Below, in pieces: positions 45,913 to 57,104 of a DNA stretch of 64,000 nucleotides (its first letter is position 1; every line of letters begins with the position of its first letter). Where the stretch lies: assembly GCF_009914755.1 (NCBI RefSeq), contig NC_060928.1. The stretch is one strand, 5' to 3'. Source of the DNA: the human T2T-CHM13v2.0 reference genome, Homo sapiens. The notes under the pieces were generated by a model. That model searched no databases, was not told the DNA's origin, and was given only the letters and a program-made list of their open reading frames with translations. The position numbers and the translations under genes were made by a program.

Positions 45913-46333
45913 TGTGTTGGTTTGCTCTTGCATTGCTATAAAGGAATTCCTGGGACTGAGTAATTTACAAAGAAAAGTAGTTTAGTTGGCTCACGGTTCT
46001 GTAGGCTGTACATGAAGCATGGTATCAGAGCATCTGCTTCTGGCGAGGGATTCAGGAAGCTTACCATCATGGTGGAAGGAGAAGGGGAGCCAATATGTTA
46101 TATGGCAAGAGAGGGAGCAAGAGAGAGGGAAGGAGGAGGTTCCAGACTCTTTTTAACAACCAGATCTCTAGTGAACTAACTGAGCAAGAACTCACTTATC
46201 ACAAAGGGCATGGTGTTAACCATTCATGGGGGGATCTGCCCCCCGATCCAACCTTCCATCAGGCTCCACCTCCAACACTGGGAATCAAATTTCAGCATGA
46301 GTTTTGGCGGGGACAAACGTCCAAACCATATCA
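45913..46333 (-). mobile_element. MST-type (ERVL-MaLR) solo LTR inserted in a MIR
   Basis: TG...CA termini and a perfect 5-bp TSD CATAG (45908-45912, 46334-46338). MIR sequence (attttacagatgaagaaac...aaggtcacatag / aagtggcagagccaggatt) continues across it. Confidence 0.92.
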
Positions 46334-48441
46334 CATAGTAAACAAGTGGCAGAGCCAGGATTAAAACCACGGAATTTGACTCCAGAGCCAGCATTGCCAT
46401 GCTAATAATGACTCGTATTTTTAAAATTTTATTTTGTGATTTTTTTCCAAAACACTTTTATTATAATTTCATGTACTATTAAGTATATAGTAATATTCCT
46501 GTATTAACTGTTATTTGCAATTAACATGCTAGGAAACGATTTAAAATATTTAGTTTTCATATTCTCAATTCCTTGAAATATTTATTTCAAATTTATTTTT
46601 TATCATTATGTAATTATTTTCTTCAAAGTGAACAGAAATAGGATTTTTATCATCCAGAATCATCTTAATATTGCATTTTTTAGAAAAATTGGTAGTACCC
46701 TTTCATTGTAAAATTGTTAAGATCCCCTCTCATTTTTCATGAATTAATTTTATTTAATTTTCATTTTATAAAACATGAAGATTTTTATAAAACATGAGGA
46801 CTTATTTTATCAAACATGGGGAGTTAAGAGGTTGGATATGAGTTGCTACTAGAAGGGTGCCCTATCCCAGCAGCTGAGCTTTGCTGGAAGGCAGGAAGAG
46901 GCACCATATCCTTGTGAAGCTACCCTTCTCACTCACAGGAAGATAGCACAGGAATTGTGGCTGCTCTGACTGTATTTCTCCCCTTCAAAAGAGGTTTCAT
47001 TGGAAATGATGTCATGACATGGACTGAGAAGATAGACTAGCTGCTTTCTCCTCTATGCCCAGGAGGTTGCCCTTCGCATGAAGAACCCTTTTCAATCATT
47101 CCAGACTGACCAAAATCTATGCAAGTGGTAAGATTGTTTAAACTTCCCTTTGCTGGAAGTTCACCTCAAGTGTCTCATTCTCTAAGGTTCTCAAGGCAGA
47201 GGTCTTATCTTGGTTGTTGTTGGTCCCCAGTTATTAAAGTGCAATTATTACTTCAAAAACAACTGGAGAAAAGCCTCAATACGTGATGGTAGTGAGAGTT
47301 CAATGGCATGCCACAACAGTTCCTGGTGAAGTTTATGAGAAGTCAAGAAATTGGTGCACTTGGAGAAGAGTATTTGGGGGAGAAAGAATAGGATATGCAA
47401 ATGTCTTGGGGGTAGGAAACATGGAAAAATGCATGGAAGAAATTAGGTATGAATATGTGTGTCAATTACAGAGAAACACTGTTGGGTACAGCTCTCCTAC
47501 CTCCACATGTTTTTTTTTTTTTTTCTTTGATATTGGAAGCTCCAATTCAACTTGCTTAAAAAAAAAACTTTGTATTATAGAAAGTTTCATTATGTAGTGT
47601 CCCCAGTTTTCAGCAGGTTTGAATGGTTGCCTTGGTCTATGAGGGCTCTTGACAATTGCTACTTACACTGGCACATGACTAACGGGGACTCAGCTTGATT
47701 TCCTTGGACTCTCACTATTTATCAGAGTCATTTTTCACTTATAAATTTTCCCCTATCTACCGTAATTCATACCGGCAAGAAAAACATAAAATGAAGAAGA
47801 GCTTTGTGGATGAAAGAAAAAAATCACTAATGGAGTAATTATACTATTTCTTCTGTCTGCTTTATGTTTCCTTTTCTGTTTTTCTCCGAAAATATTAATT
47901 TACTACTTCTGCTTTTAAGAGAATAACTAGTGGCAGATTTCCAGATCAGCCAAATCACAGACTGATACAATCAACAATGACACTGTTCATGATCCTTCAA
48001 ATAAAACTGTGCGACTTCACATTACTTCAAAAGTCTCTTCACATTATTTCAAAAGCGTTTGCTTTATGTACAAATCATTATTCTCAAACATTTTACTGCT
48101 ATTTTTCTTAGTTAAAATTATGAGTTTTTTTCAGTAGCTTGTAATTATACATTTTGGAACTTTTCTAAGCAAACCATTGAGAAAGCATACGAACACACAC
48201 ATACATTGATGCTACTATCTTTCTGTATATATGAATATTGCCTATAGCTGGAGCATTAAATTCTGCTAAGGAAACGGTTCTAAATATAAATTCTATCTTT
48301 CAAATAGTGACAGAACCCACATTTTTCACATGCTTATGAGAGATCTCAATGCTTATCAGCATTCTCAGGATTAATAACATAAGCTCCTTAAATAATTATT
48401 GGCAAAAAAAATTTGTCTCAGGTCTTAAATCACTTTAATAG

Positions 48442-48616
48442 ATTATTTCAGCCTCTGTTGTAATTCCTCAAGATACAAAGAAAAATTTCAAGGGAGCATT
48501 TATGGTTATAATTTACTGTCTGCATTTCTGATCTTTTGTGCTCCTTTCCATCGCAGCATTTCATGGGAAAGTTTTTAATATTCTGCAAAGTTTAGACACT
48601 GATCTGAGGCCACTGA
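48442..48616 (+). repeat. Copy 1 of a ~170-bp non-tandem direct duplication
   Basis: Aligns with 50545-50705 at roughly 85-90% identity, including a 10-bp indel. Confidence 0.93.
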
Positions 48617-50544
48617 GTCACTACTGAAGATTATCATGGAGGTTGCCAACCTGTGAGAACAAGACCTGTTATGTATTCCTATAGATCTGATCATTTTTCT
48701 CAGGGAAATTGACCAAAGACCTTGTGGATTTTATTCCTTTTCACCAAGCAAAACTCTCATTCATCTAACAAAGGCAACAGAGGCAGCTTAGTGGCAAAAA
48801 TGAAATAGCAGGCAAGAATTCTTGTCCTAATCATCTTGTTTTTACCATGAATATAACTATGCCTTAAATTTGCATTCATAACAGAAAACCTGTGACAGGA
48901 TCTATTTCCACATCAGACTAAAAAGTCTGTACAGTACTTGGCAAAATGGTGCTTAACGTACTATTTATTTATAGACCATTCAATGTGCTACTTCCACTTA
49001 TTTCTTACATGTGAAAACAATAAGCCAGCCATCTGGTGTGCAAAACACAGACATTGCAGGTAAACTGTTCACCATATCTAGTTTCCAGGGTTCCAGAAAT
49101 GGTGCTACAGGCTTGGACCAACTGCAAGTGGTGTGTGTAGGCAGAAAGCTTGAATTCAACCTACCTAGCAACAGACTGCGGCATTCACCATATTGTATGC
49201 ACATGTGGCTCGAATTCATGCTGCTGGCTGACAGGCTTCCTACGGAGAAGCATTTAATTGTCAATATAATACACTTAAAATATTCAGCAGTGTAAAAGTT
49301 AACTGAGAAAAAAATGGCCTAAAGTCTAAACTGAGATGTGATTTAGACAGAAAACATGACTGTGTGATAGAGGCAGAAGCCTCTACAAGTGTAACTGGGC
49401 AGGAATTGACTGTGAACAACTGCTCATTGTGAGATGGCTGGGGAGGGAACCCTGAGTGAACTTATACCGCCTTGGAAATGAAAAAGTTCTGTGGTATCAC
49501 AAGCTCTGGCTAAACAAATGCTCTGTAGTAAAGCAGACCTTTTGACCTAATTATTTTGTCCTCACAGCTTTGCTTCTCGGAATGTTTGTACAATGTCTAA
49601 AATTGTTCCCAACAAAATTTTTATAGCAAAAAATATTGGCTGGAGAAAAATGTCTTCTGACTAGTATTGAAAAAGAAAAAGAAATAATTGCTTGGCTTAG
49701 TTATATGCAAGCTCCTGGAGAACTTGTTTTTGAATAGATTCTTATCCTTAGTAGTTCAATATTGAACAATATTCAATATTCTTATCCTTAGTATTCAATA
49801 TTGAACAGACGAATGAATGATTGTGGGTAGTTATTTTACATGCTTAGGAAGAATTAAGATAATTCTTGCAATTGTTAATGAATCAATACCAAACCATAAA
49901 GGAATCAGTAAGAGGAAAGAGATGAAGGTCAGTTGGAGGAAGGGTTAATCTAATGATTTACTCTTGTCTTCAGTATGCCCCACGGATGTATATTTAATGC
50001 ATCCTAAACAGCATGGGTGGAGACAACGTCTCTGAAATTCACTATTGTAAAGTCCACTACAATTGCCTAACATTTTGTGTTTCTCTATATTGATTCCAAA
50101 AAGTTGGAATAAGAAGTATTTCTTAATCCTTAAATTTTGTTTGTGGTTTGATGGAGTCTAGCTAGTCAAAGCTCTACTTCTTAGACAAGAGAGATGAGCT
50201 ACCCAACATGTATTTGACTGTGTATGTAAAATTTATGTAAACTATATGTAAAATTATCAGCACCTGACACTATAAAAAGCACCCAATCAATCATAGCTAT
50301 CTCTTTTTATTGTGGTTATTGTCAATCCACCATTACAGTGGTATCTTTTTAAGAGTCCCTAAACAGACATGGCTCTTTTTTATTTCATTATCATTTTTCA
50401 TTATGATATTTCAGACACACAAAAGATTATATATATATATATATATATACACACACATATGTTTATAAGTAGATAAATGAAATTTAACTAACCAGTTAAA
50501 CATCAATATTTCCACCTTTGATTTAAAAATATATATATATATGA

Positions 50545-50705
50545 ATTATTTCACCTTCTGTTGTACTCAAGATACACAGAAAAATTTCAAGGAAGCATTT
50601 ATGGTTATAATTTACTGTCTGAATTTCTGATCTTTTGTGCTCCCTGCCATGACAACATTTCATGGGAAATTCTGCAAAGTTTAGACACTGATCTAAGGCC
50701 AGTGA
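50545..50705 (+). repeat. Copy 2 of the ~170-bp duplication, flanked by TA-rich microsatellites
   Basis: Aligns with 48442-48616. (TA)n at ~50529-50542 on the left and (TACA)n(TA)n(GA)n from 50706 on the right. Confidence 0.93.
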
Positions 50706-50724
50706 TACATACATACATACATAC

Positions 50725-50779
<55 letters not shown>

Positions 50780-50838
50780 TGATACATAGATATATATAGA
50801 TAGATATGGATATGGATATATATATATATATATATATC
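50706..50838. repeat. Compound microsatellite (TACA)n(TA)n(GA)n...(TA)n
   Basis: Read directly from the sequence. Confidence 0.97.
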
Positions 50839-51054
50839 TCCAATAGAGCTGTCTTCCCTCCTGTTCATGTTCACTGATGATGTCTATGGCTGCTCACCAG
50901 CATGGCATTTCCTGTCTTCTGCCAATCTTTTTTCAACAGTTGTTTTCATTCTCTTATTGATTTGCAGATGTTCTTCATATAGTCTAAGTACTAAAATTGT
51001 AATGTAAATTTGAAGCAAATATCTTTTGCCAGTTTTTAGCTTATGTTTTTAAAC

Positions 51055-51347
51055 TTTATTTTTTAAGACACAGGATCTAGCTCTGTTGCCCAGACTAGAG
51101 TGACGTGGTGTGATCATAGCTCACTGCAGCCTCAAACTCCTAGGCTTAAGCTATCCTCCTGCCTCAGTGTCCAGGGTAGCTAGAACTATAGGAGTACACC
51201 ACCATCCCAGTGTAATTTTAAAATTTTTGTAGATTTGGGGTCTCACTGTGTCGCCAAGGCTGTCACAAACTCCTGGCCTAAAGTGATTCTCTCAATTCAG
51301 CCTTCCAAAATGTTGGGATTACAAGTGTGGGCCACTGCAACTGGCCT
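51055..51347 (-). mobile_element. AluJ
   Basis: gatcatagctcactgcagcctcaaactcctaggcttaag (J-type); diverged dimer. Confidence 0.9.
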
Positions 51348-52544
51348 GCTTGTATACTTTTTAATGATATATTTTGATGAACAGAAATGCTTACTTTTAA
51401 TTATCAGCATTTATCAATTTTTAATTGTTTATTCTAGACACCATTTTTCAAATAAACCATTTCTTACCCTGATTTCTTATAGGCCCATATTTGTTCAAAT
51501 AATTTATTGAGCCATAACCATCTGTGAGGCATTTTTCTAGTACTTTAGGCACATCACTAAATTAAATTCCTGAGCCTTTTTTAACACTTAAATGTTTGAT
51601 TTACCTGCAATTGAATATTTTTGTGGTGTGAAGTTTGATTCTATTTTATTTATCTTTGATAGATATAATCAGTTATCAGAGCTCTTTTTAAAAAGTATAT
51701 CCCTTTTTTTCAGTTAATTGCAGTGCCATCTCTGTAACAAATAAAGTATTCATAGATATGCAGAAATATTTGTATGCTCATTACTTTGTCCAGTATCTTC
51801 TTTTTTGATCCTTATTTCAATATCACACATTCTTAATTACTATAGCATTAAAATAAACCATCATATTTGGTATAAAAGTATTTCTAATATGTCATTCTTC
51901 ATAAATATTTTGTATATTTGGAGCCCTTTGCTTTGTCATATAAATTTTAGGCAAGGTTATCAAGTTCCACACAAACAATGTTAGAATTTTAATGCGAATT
52001 GCATTTTAGCCATAAATCAGTTTGAGATGAATTGTCATATTTATGATAGCCATGAACATGATTTGTTTCTATCTATTTATTTTTGGTCTTTTATAATGAT
52101 TGTGAGTATCGTTGTACAGCTAGCTTTAAAAATATCTTATGCCATTTCTTATGCATTATTTCTAGATATTTTCACTATGTTATGCTATTTACATTGCATA
52201 TTTTATTTAAATCTTTTATCATTTTGCTCGTATCTAGAAATGCAGTCCACTTTTATATGCCTTGTCACATTTTAAACTCATATTAATTCTAATACTTTGT
52301 AAAGTGGAATTGGTAATGTAAGCATCCATATCACTACAAATAATGAGAGTTATATTACTTTTTTATTTACAATGCATACTTATCTTGCTTTTGTTTCTTT
52401 GACCTTTTGAGATGGCTAGGAACTCCAATACTATAAGTTGTATATTTAGATACAATTATGTATCCTTGCCTTGTCCCTCATGTTAAACAAAAATGTTTCT
52501 AAATCAGTCAGAATAGATTAAATTTCACTATAATAACAACCCCC

Positions 52545-52817
52545 TGTCTTAGTCCTTTTGGTCTGCTTTAAAAAAATAAATACCATAAACAGGGTACCTT
52601 ATAAACAACAGAAATGTATTTCTCATAGTTCTGGAGGCTGAGAAGTCCAAAATCAAGGCAGCTTCAGTATCTGATGAGGGCCCATTTTCTGGTTCATAGA
52701 ACACCTTGTCCTCACATGGTAGAAGAGGCCAGGCAGCTCTCTAAGGCCTCCTTTGTAGGAACACTAATCTCATTCATGAGGGCTTTGCCTCATGTCACAA
52801 ACATTCAGACCAAAGCA
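52545..52817 (-). mobile_element. MLT1A-type LTR (internally deleted), nested in an older MaLR-like element
   Basis: tgtcttagtcc...cttataaacaacagaaatgtatttctcatagttctggaggctgagaagtcc...acattcagaccaaagca. Confidence 0.82.
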
Positions 52818-52949
52818 CTCTCAAAACTCAGTAGCTTAAAACAATAAAGGCTTATTTCTTGTTCATGCTATGTGTCCATCACAGGTTGGCTGCAGCCCTA
52901 CTCCATGCTGTCTGCAATCCAGAATCTATGCTAACAGAAAAGCTTCTCT

Positions 52950-53750
52950 CAGTGCAAATCAAAATCACAATGAGATACCATCTCACACCAGTCAAAATAG
53001 CTATTATTAAAAAGTCAGAAAACAACAGATACTGGCAAGGCTGTGGAGAAAAAGGGAATGATTTTACACTGTTGGTGAGAGTATAAATTAGTTCAAACCT
53101 TGTGAAAGACAGTGTGGTGATTCCTCAAAGACCTAAAGGCAGAAATACCATTTGACCCAGCAATCCCATTACTGGTTATATACCCAGAGGAATATAAATC
53201 ATTCTGTTATAAAGATACACACACATGTATGTTCACTGCAGCACTATTCACAATAGCAAGTATTTGGAATCAACCTAAATGCCCACCAATGATAGACTGG
53301 ATTAAAAAAAAAATGTGGTACCCGATACACCATGGAATACTATGCAGCCATGAAAAGGAATAAGAACATGTCCTTTGCAGGGACATGGATGGAGTTGGAA
53401 GCCATTATCCTCAGCAAACTAATGCAGAAACAGAAAACCAGATACCACGTATTCTCACTTATAAGTGGGAGCTGAATGATGAGAACACATGGACACATGG
53501 CAGGAAACAACACACCCTGGGGCATGTCTGGGGGTGTGGGGGAAGGGAAATCATCAGGAAAAATAGCTAATGGACACGGGGCTTAATACCCAGGTGATGG
53601 GATAATCTGTGCAGCAAACCACTATGGCACACATTTACCTATGTAACAAACATGCACATCCTGCATGTGTACCCCGAACTTAAATAAAAGTTGAAGAAAA
53701 ACAAAAAGAAAGAAAAAAATATTTTTCTTTGTTTACAAATGGCAAAGTAA
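52950..53750 (+). mobile_element. 5'-truncated older L1PA/L1PB 3' end
   Basis: ORF2 C-terminal sequence and 3' UTR. Perfect 14-bp TSD AGAAAAGCTTCTCT at 52936-52949 and 53751-53764. Confidence 0.93.
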
Positions 53751-54288
53751 AGAAAAGCTTCTCTTGAACGTTATTGGTTTTATGAAAGAAAAAATAATAA
53801 TCATGGAGAAGTCATGATGACTTTTGAAGTTTCTACCTGTTACTTGTACTGGTATTTCATCAACTAAAGCAAGTTACATGCCTAAGGCTAACATAAATGT
53901 GATGGGGAAGTATAACTCTATTCCAACTTGGGACAATTAATCTGTAGAAAAAATAATACCTTCTATCACAATATATTAAGACATTTTATATTGTTGAACA
54001 AGTCTTACAGTCTTCTAATATTCATTTCACTCATGTTAATATTAATACATTACTGGACAATGTGCTATTATTTTCTGGATGATTTTTTATCTATGTCCCT
54101 AAGTGAAACTGTCCTGTATTTTTAATTTTGGAGAAGTTCTGTTTTCTGTTTTGAAGATCAGGATCAAACTAGCCTACTAAAATTCACTGAAATTTTCTGG
54201 TTTCTAGGAAGGTTTCTATAAAATTTGAATGATTGCTTCTTTGAAGAAAAGTAATGGGGGCTAACGTTTTCTTTTGTAAAGAATTTGA

Positions 54289-54399
54289 ATTTCATTACCT
54301 AGGTATTAAGCCTAGTACAACAAATCCCCATGACATGAATTTACCTATATAACACAGCTTCACATGTACCCCCAAATCTAAAATAAAAGTTAAAAAAAA
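54289..54399 (+). mobile_element. Very short L1 3'-UTR insertion with an inverted 5' piece
   Basis: 54289-54318 is antisense L1 3' UTR; 54315-54399 is the sense terminus with AATAAA and A-tail. Degenerate TSD AAAGAATTTGAATT / AAAGATTTTAAATT. Confidence 0.8.
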
Positions 54400-57071
54400 G
54401 ATTTTAAATTATTGTTCATTCCTTTCATGATTATGAAATATTTGTTTTCTAGTTTTTTTCTAGATTCATCTTAAAATCATATTTGTCTAGTTATTCGTTT
54501 ACATTTTAAATTTTATTGTCACAAGGTATTTTATTGCATTTCCTTACATTTTGGATTTTTCATTCTTTAATATTATGCCACATTTAATTCATTCTCTTGT
54601 TTATTGGTGTATTCTGTTTTTGCTTAATTATTATCGTTAGAAGTTTAAAAAATGTACTATACTTTTACACATCACCTTATTTTTGCCCTGATTAATAATT
54701 TCTTCTTATTCTTTGCTTTCTCTGTCATTAAATTCTGCTCTTATAATAACCATTTCAATTATTTTACATTTTTGGATGTATCTTCAGTTCATTAGCTCAA
54801 TGTAATTTTACCCTTTATCCTTTTCTGCCATTTACATCTATATATTTTTTCAATTTCTAATTTACCTGCATTACAAAGTGTAATATGCTGGTAGTCATCA
54901 TTTGTGGTATTGCTAAAACATTTTAATTAAAATATTTCAATTAAAAATGATAAAGAAGTCATATGACTTCTTATTTGACCTATATATTATTGTATTTTTA
55001 TAGTTCTGAATATATTGAAACTTCAGTTTTGTTGTTGTTATTGATACAAAATGTAATTATATTGTGATCATAATCAATCATTTCTATAATACAAATTCTC
55101 CTATACTTTAGTTCATGTAACTTTGGAAAAAGTTTTGTATACGCTGAAGAAAAGTGTGTTATTTAATTGGTATATGTGTTTATACCTATGTCTAGTAAAT
55201 CAAGCTTATCAATTATACTTATAATTTGTGTATGATGTTTTAGTCCTTTGTTGGTCTTTTGACTTTTTAACTATGACAGTTGTGTTAGAATTTTTCAATA
55301 TAATGAAAAATGTGCCAATTTATCCTTGTAGTTATACATCTTATGGATTCATATAGTTAAATGTATTTTTAGGATGCATAGAAGTTGAGAAAATTATTTT
55401 TCACCCATATATTTTAATCTTTATCTTGCCAGTTGAGCATGGTCACTTTTGTATGTGCTAGGCACCATGCTAAGCACTGGACTACTATTTTTGTATTTTG
55501 TTAACTTACTTCCTTTTGTAGGTATAATCTGATGTGTTGCAAAGGGGCATTAAATTACTTAAAATATATGAATATAAAATAGCAAAATAATATGTTAATA
55601 GTGGGAGAGAAATAGAAAAGAAATATAAGGATATAACATATAGCCTGTCTGAAATACTGGTCTTAAACCCTAAAAACTTATTAATGGTAAGAATAACATC
55701 AATAGCGAATAACTTTGCAGTTTATTATGCCTGCCACAATTTTAAGGGTTTAGTACATATATAAAGTGTTTTAACACTTACACTAACCTGATAAAGGAGG
55801 TACTTTTTTCCATTTTTCAAATGAGAAAACTGAGAAATAAAGAGAACCGATTCAAGATCTCAAAGCCATTAAGAGCTATTAAGTAAGAGTCTCCAGAATC
55901 TATATTCTTAACCACGTTTAAACAATGAATTTTAGGTATTGTGCTATTTCATATATTCAGGTCATGATTTCTACACATAAATAAAAATTACCCAGAGCCA
56001 ATTAGCATAAATACACAAGACATATGAAAATATCCATAAGGAAATTCCACATGGTTTTATAAACTACATGTGACCTTCATAAACCTTACTGTTCTAAATT
56101 TCAAATGTTGTACATATATGCACTAAATCTTAAGCAAAGTAAAACCTGAGCACTTCACTAATAGGACAACCAGGTAAAATTGACATTTATACTTTTCGAT
56201 AAAGATAAAATTTGATTAATGATAGAACTAATTTTTCATTATTTTCAACTATGTAGAAAGCCCCAAACAAGTGTTTGTCATGAATAAAATATATGAGGAT
56301 AGCTACAATTGAGAGACAGAATAAACAAGCTGATAATAACAAGAAGCTGAGAGTTATTGATTCACAGTTAAAAAAATGTTCACAAAAATTCAGTATGCTA
56401 GTGTAGGTCTGGCCATCAACTAGGTGAATAACTTTTCCCTGGTTACATATGCTACAAGGAACTCAAATTTCCTTATTTGTAACACAAGAGGACAAGATTA
56501 AATCATCCTTTCTAGATTTCTCTTGTCTCCTCAATGACTTCCTGGTCCAAAATTCTGGAGAAAAGGTTAACTTGCATTTCTAAAAGCCTGCCAGTTATAC
56601 TGAGGACTTGGTGGGAGTTTGGAGGTAGACAAAGCCACATTTCCACATGCACCTTAATACTTTAGTGGACCATCTTCAAATCAAAGTAATTAGGAAGGTG
56701 AACAGTAAGATACTAGCCATTTGTTCTACTGCTTTTCTCTTTATTTGTTATTTTCTTTCTCAGGATTTTAGAATACCTTCTAGGTACAGAGCTATATGAA
56801 CCCCAGAGTTGGTCCATTATAAGTATTATTATTCAGACTTCATGGAGCTGGAAGTGAGGTTGCACAATAAAAGAGAATTGTAGGATTTCTCCCTGCCCTC
56901 CCCCACATTCTAATTAGCCATAATCCCTCATAGCAAGTCACCTAACATTTCTAAATACCTAGTTACACAAGAAGAAAATGTCTTCTGGATGAATTCTGAA
57001 AATGTGACTGCTTCCAGAACATTATTAAGAGTTCCGGCTCACGGAACAACAGATGCTCCTCCATAGAGGTG

Positions 57072-57104
<33 letters not shown>

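Larger units (their letters stand above)
50930..55430 (-). mobile_element. Ancient L1M (L1ME-like) fragments hosting younger insertions
   Basis: T-rich antisense L1 motifs (cttaattactatagc, catataaattttagg, gatggctaggaactccaatac, aaactagcctactaaaat). Confidence 0.6.

Noticed and set aside
46764-46820. Three ~19-bp tandem units (TTTTATAAAACATGA..), plus similar small tandem duplications at ~14200-14235 and ~32499-32550
   Set aside because: Ordinary slippage duplications with no further structure.
48990-49500. Repeat-free, slightly GC-richer blocks (also ~57400-58100) as possible enhancers
   Set aside because: Cannot be supported without conservation or chromatin data.
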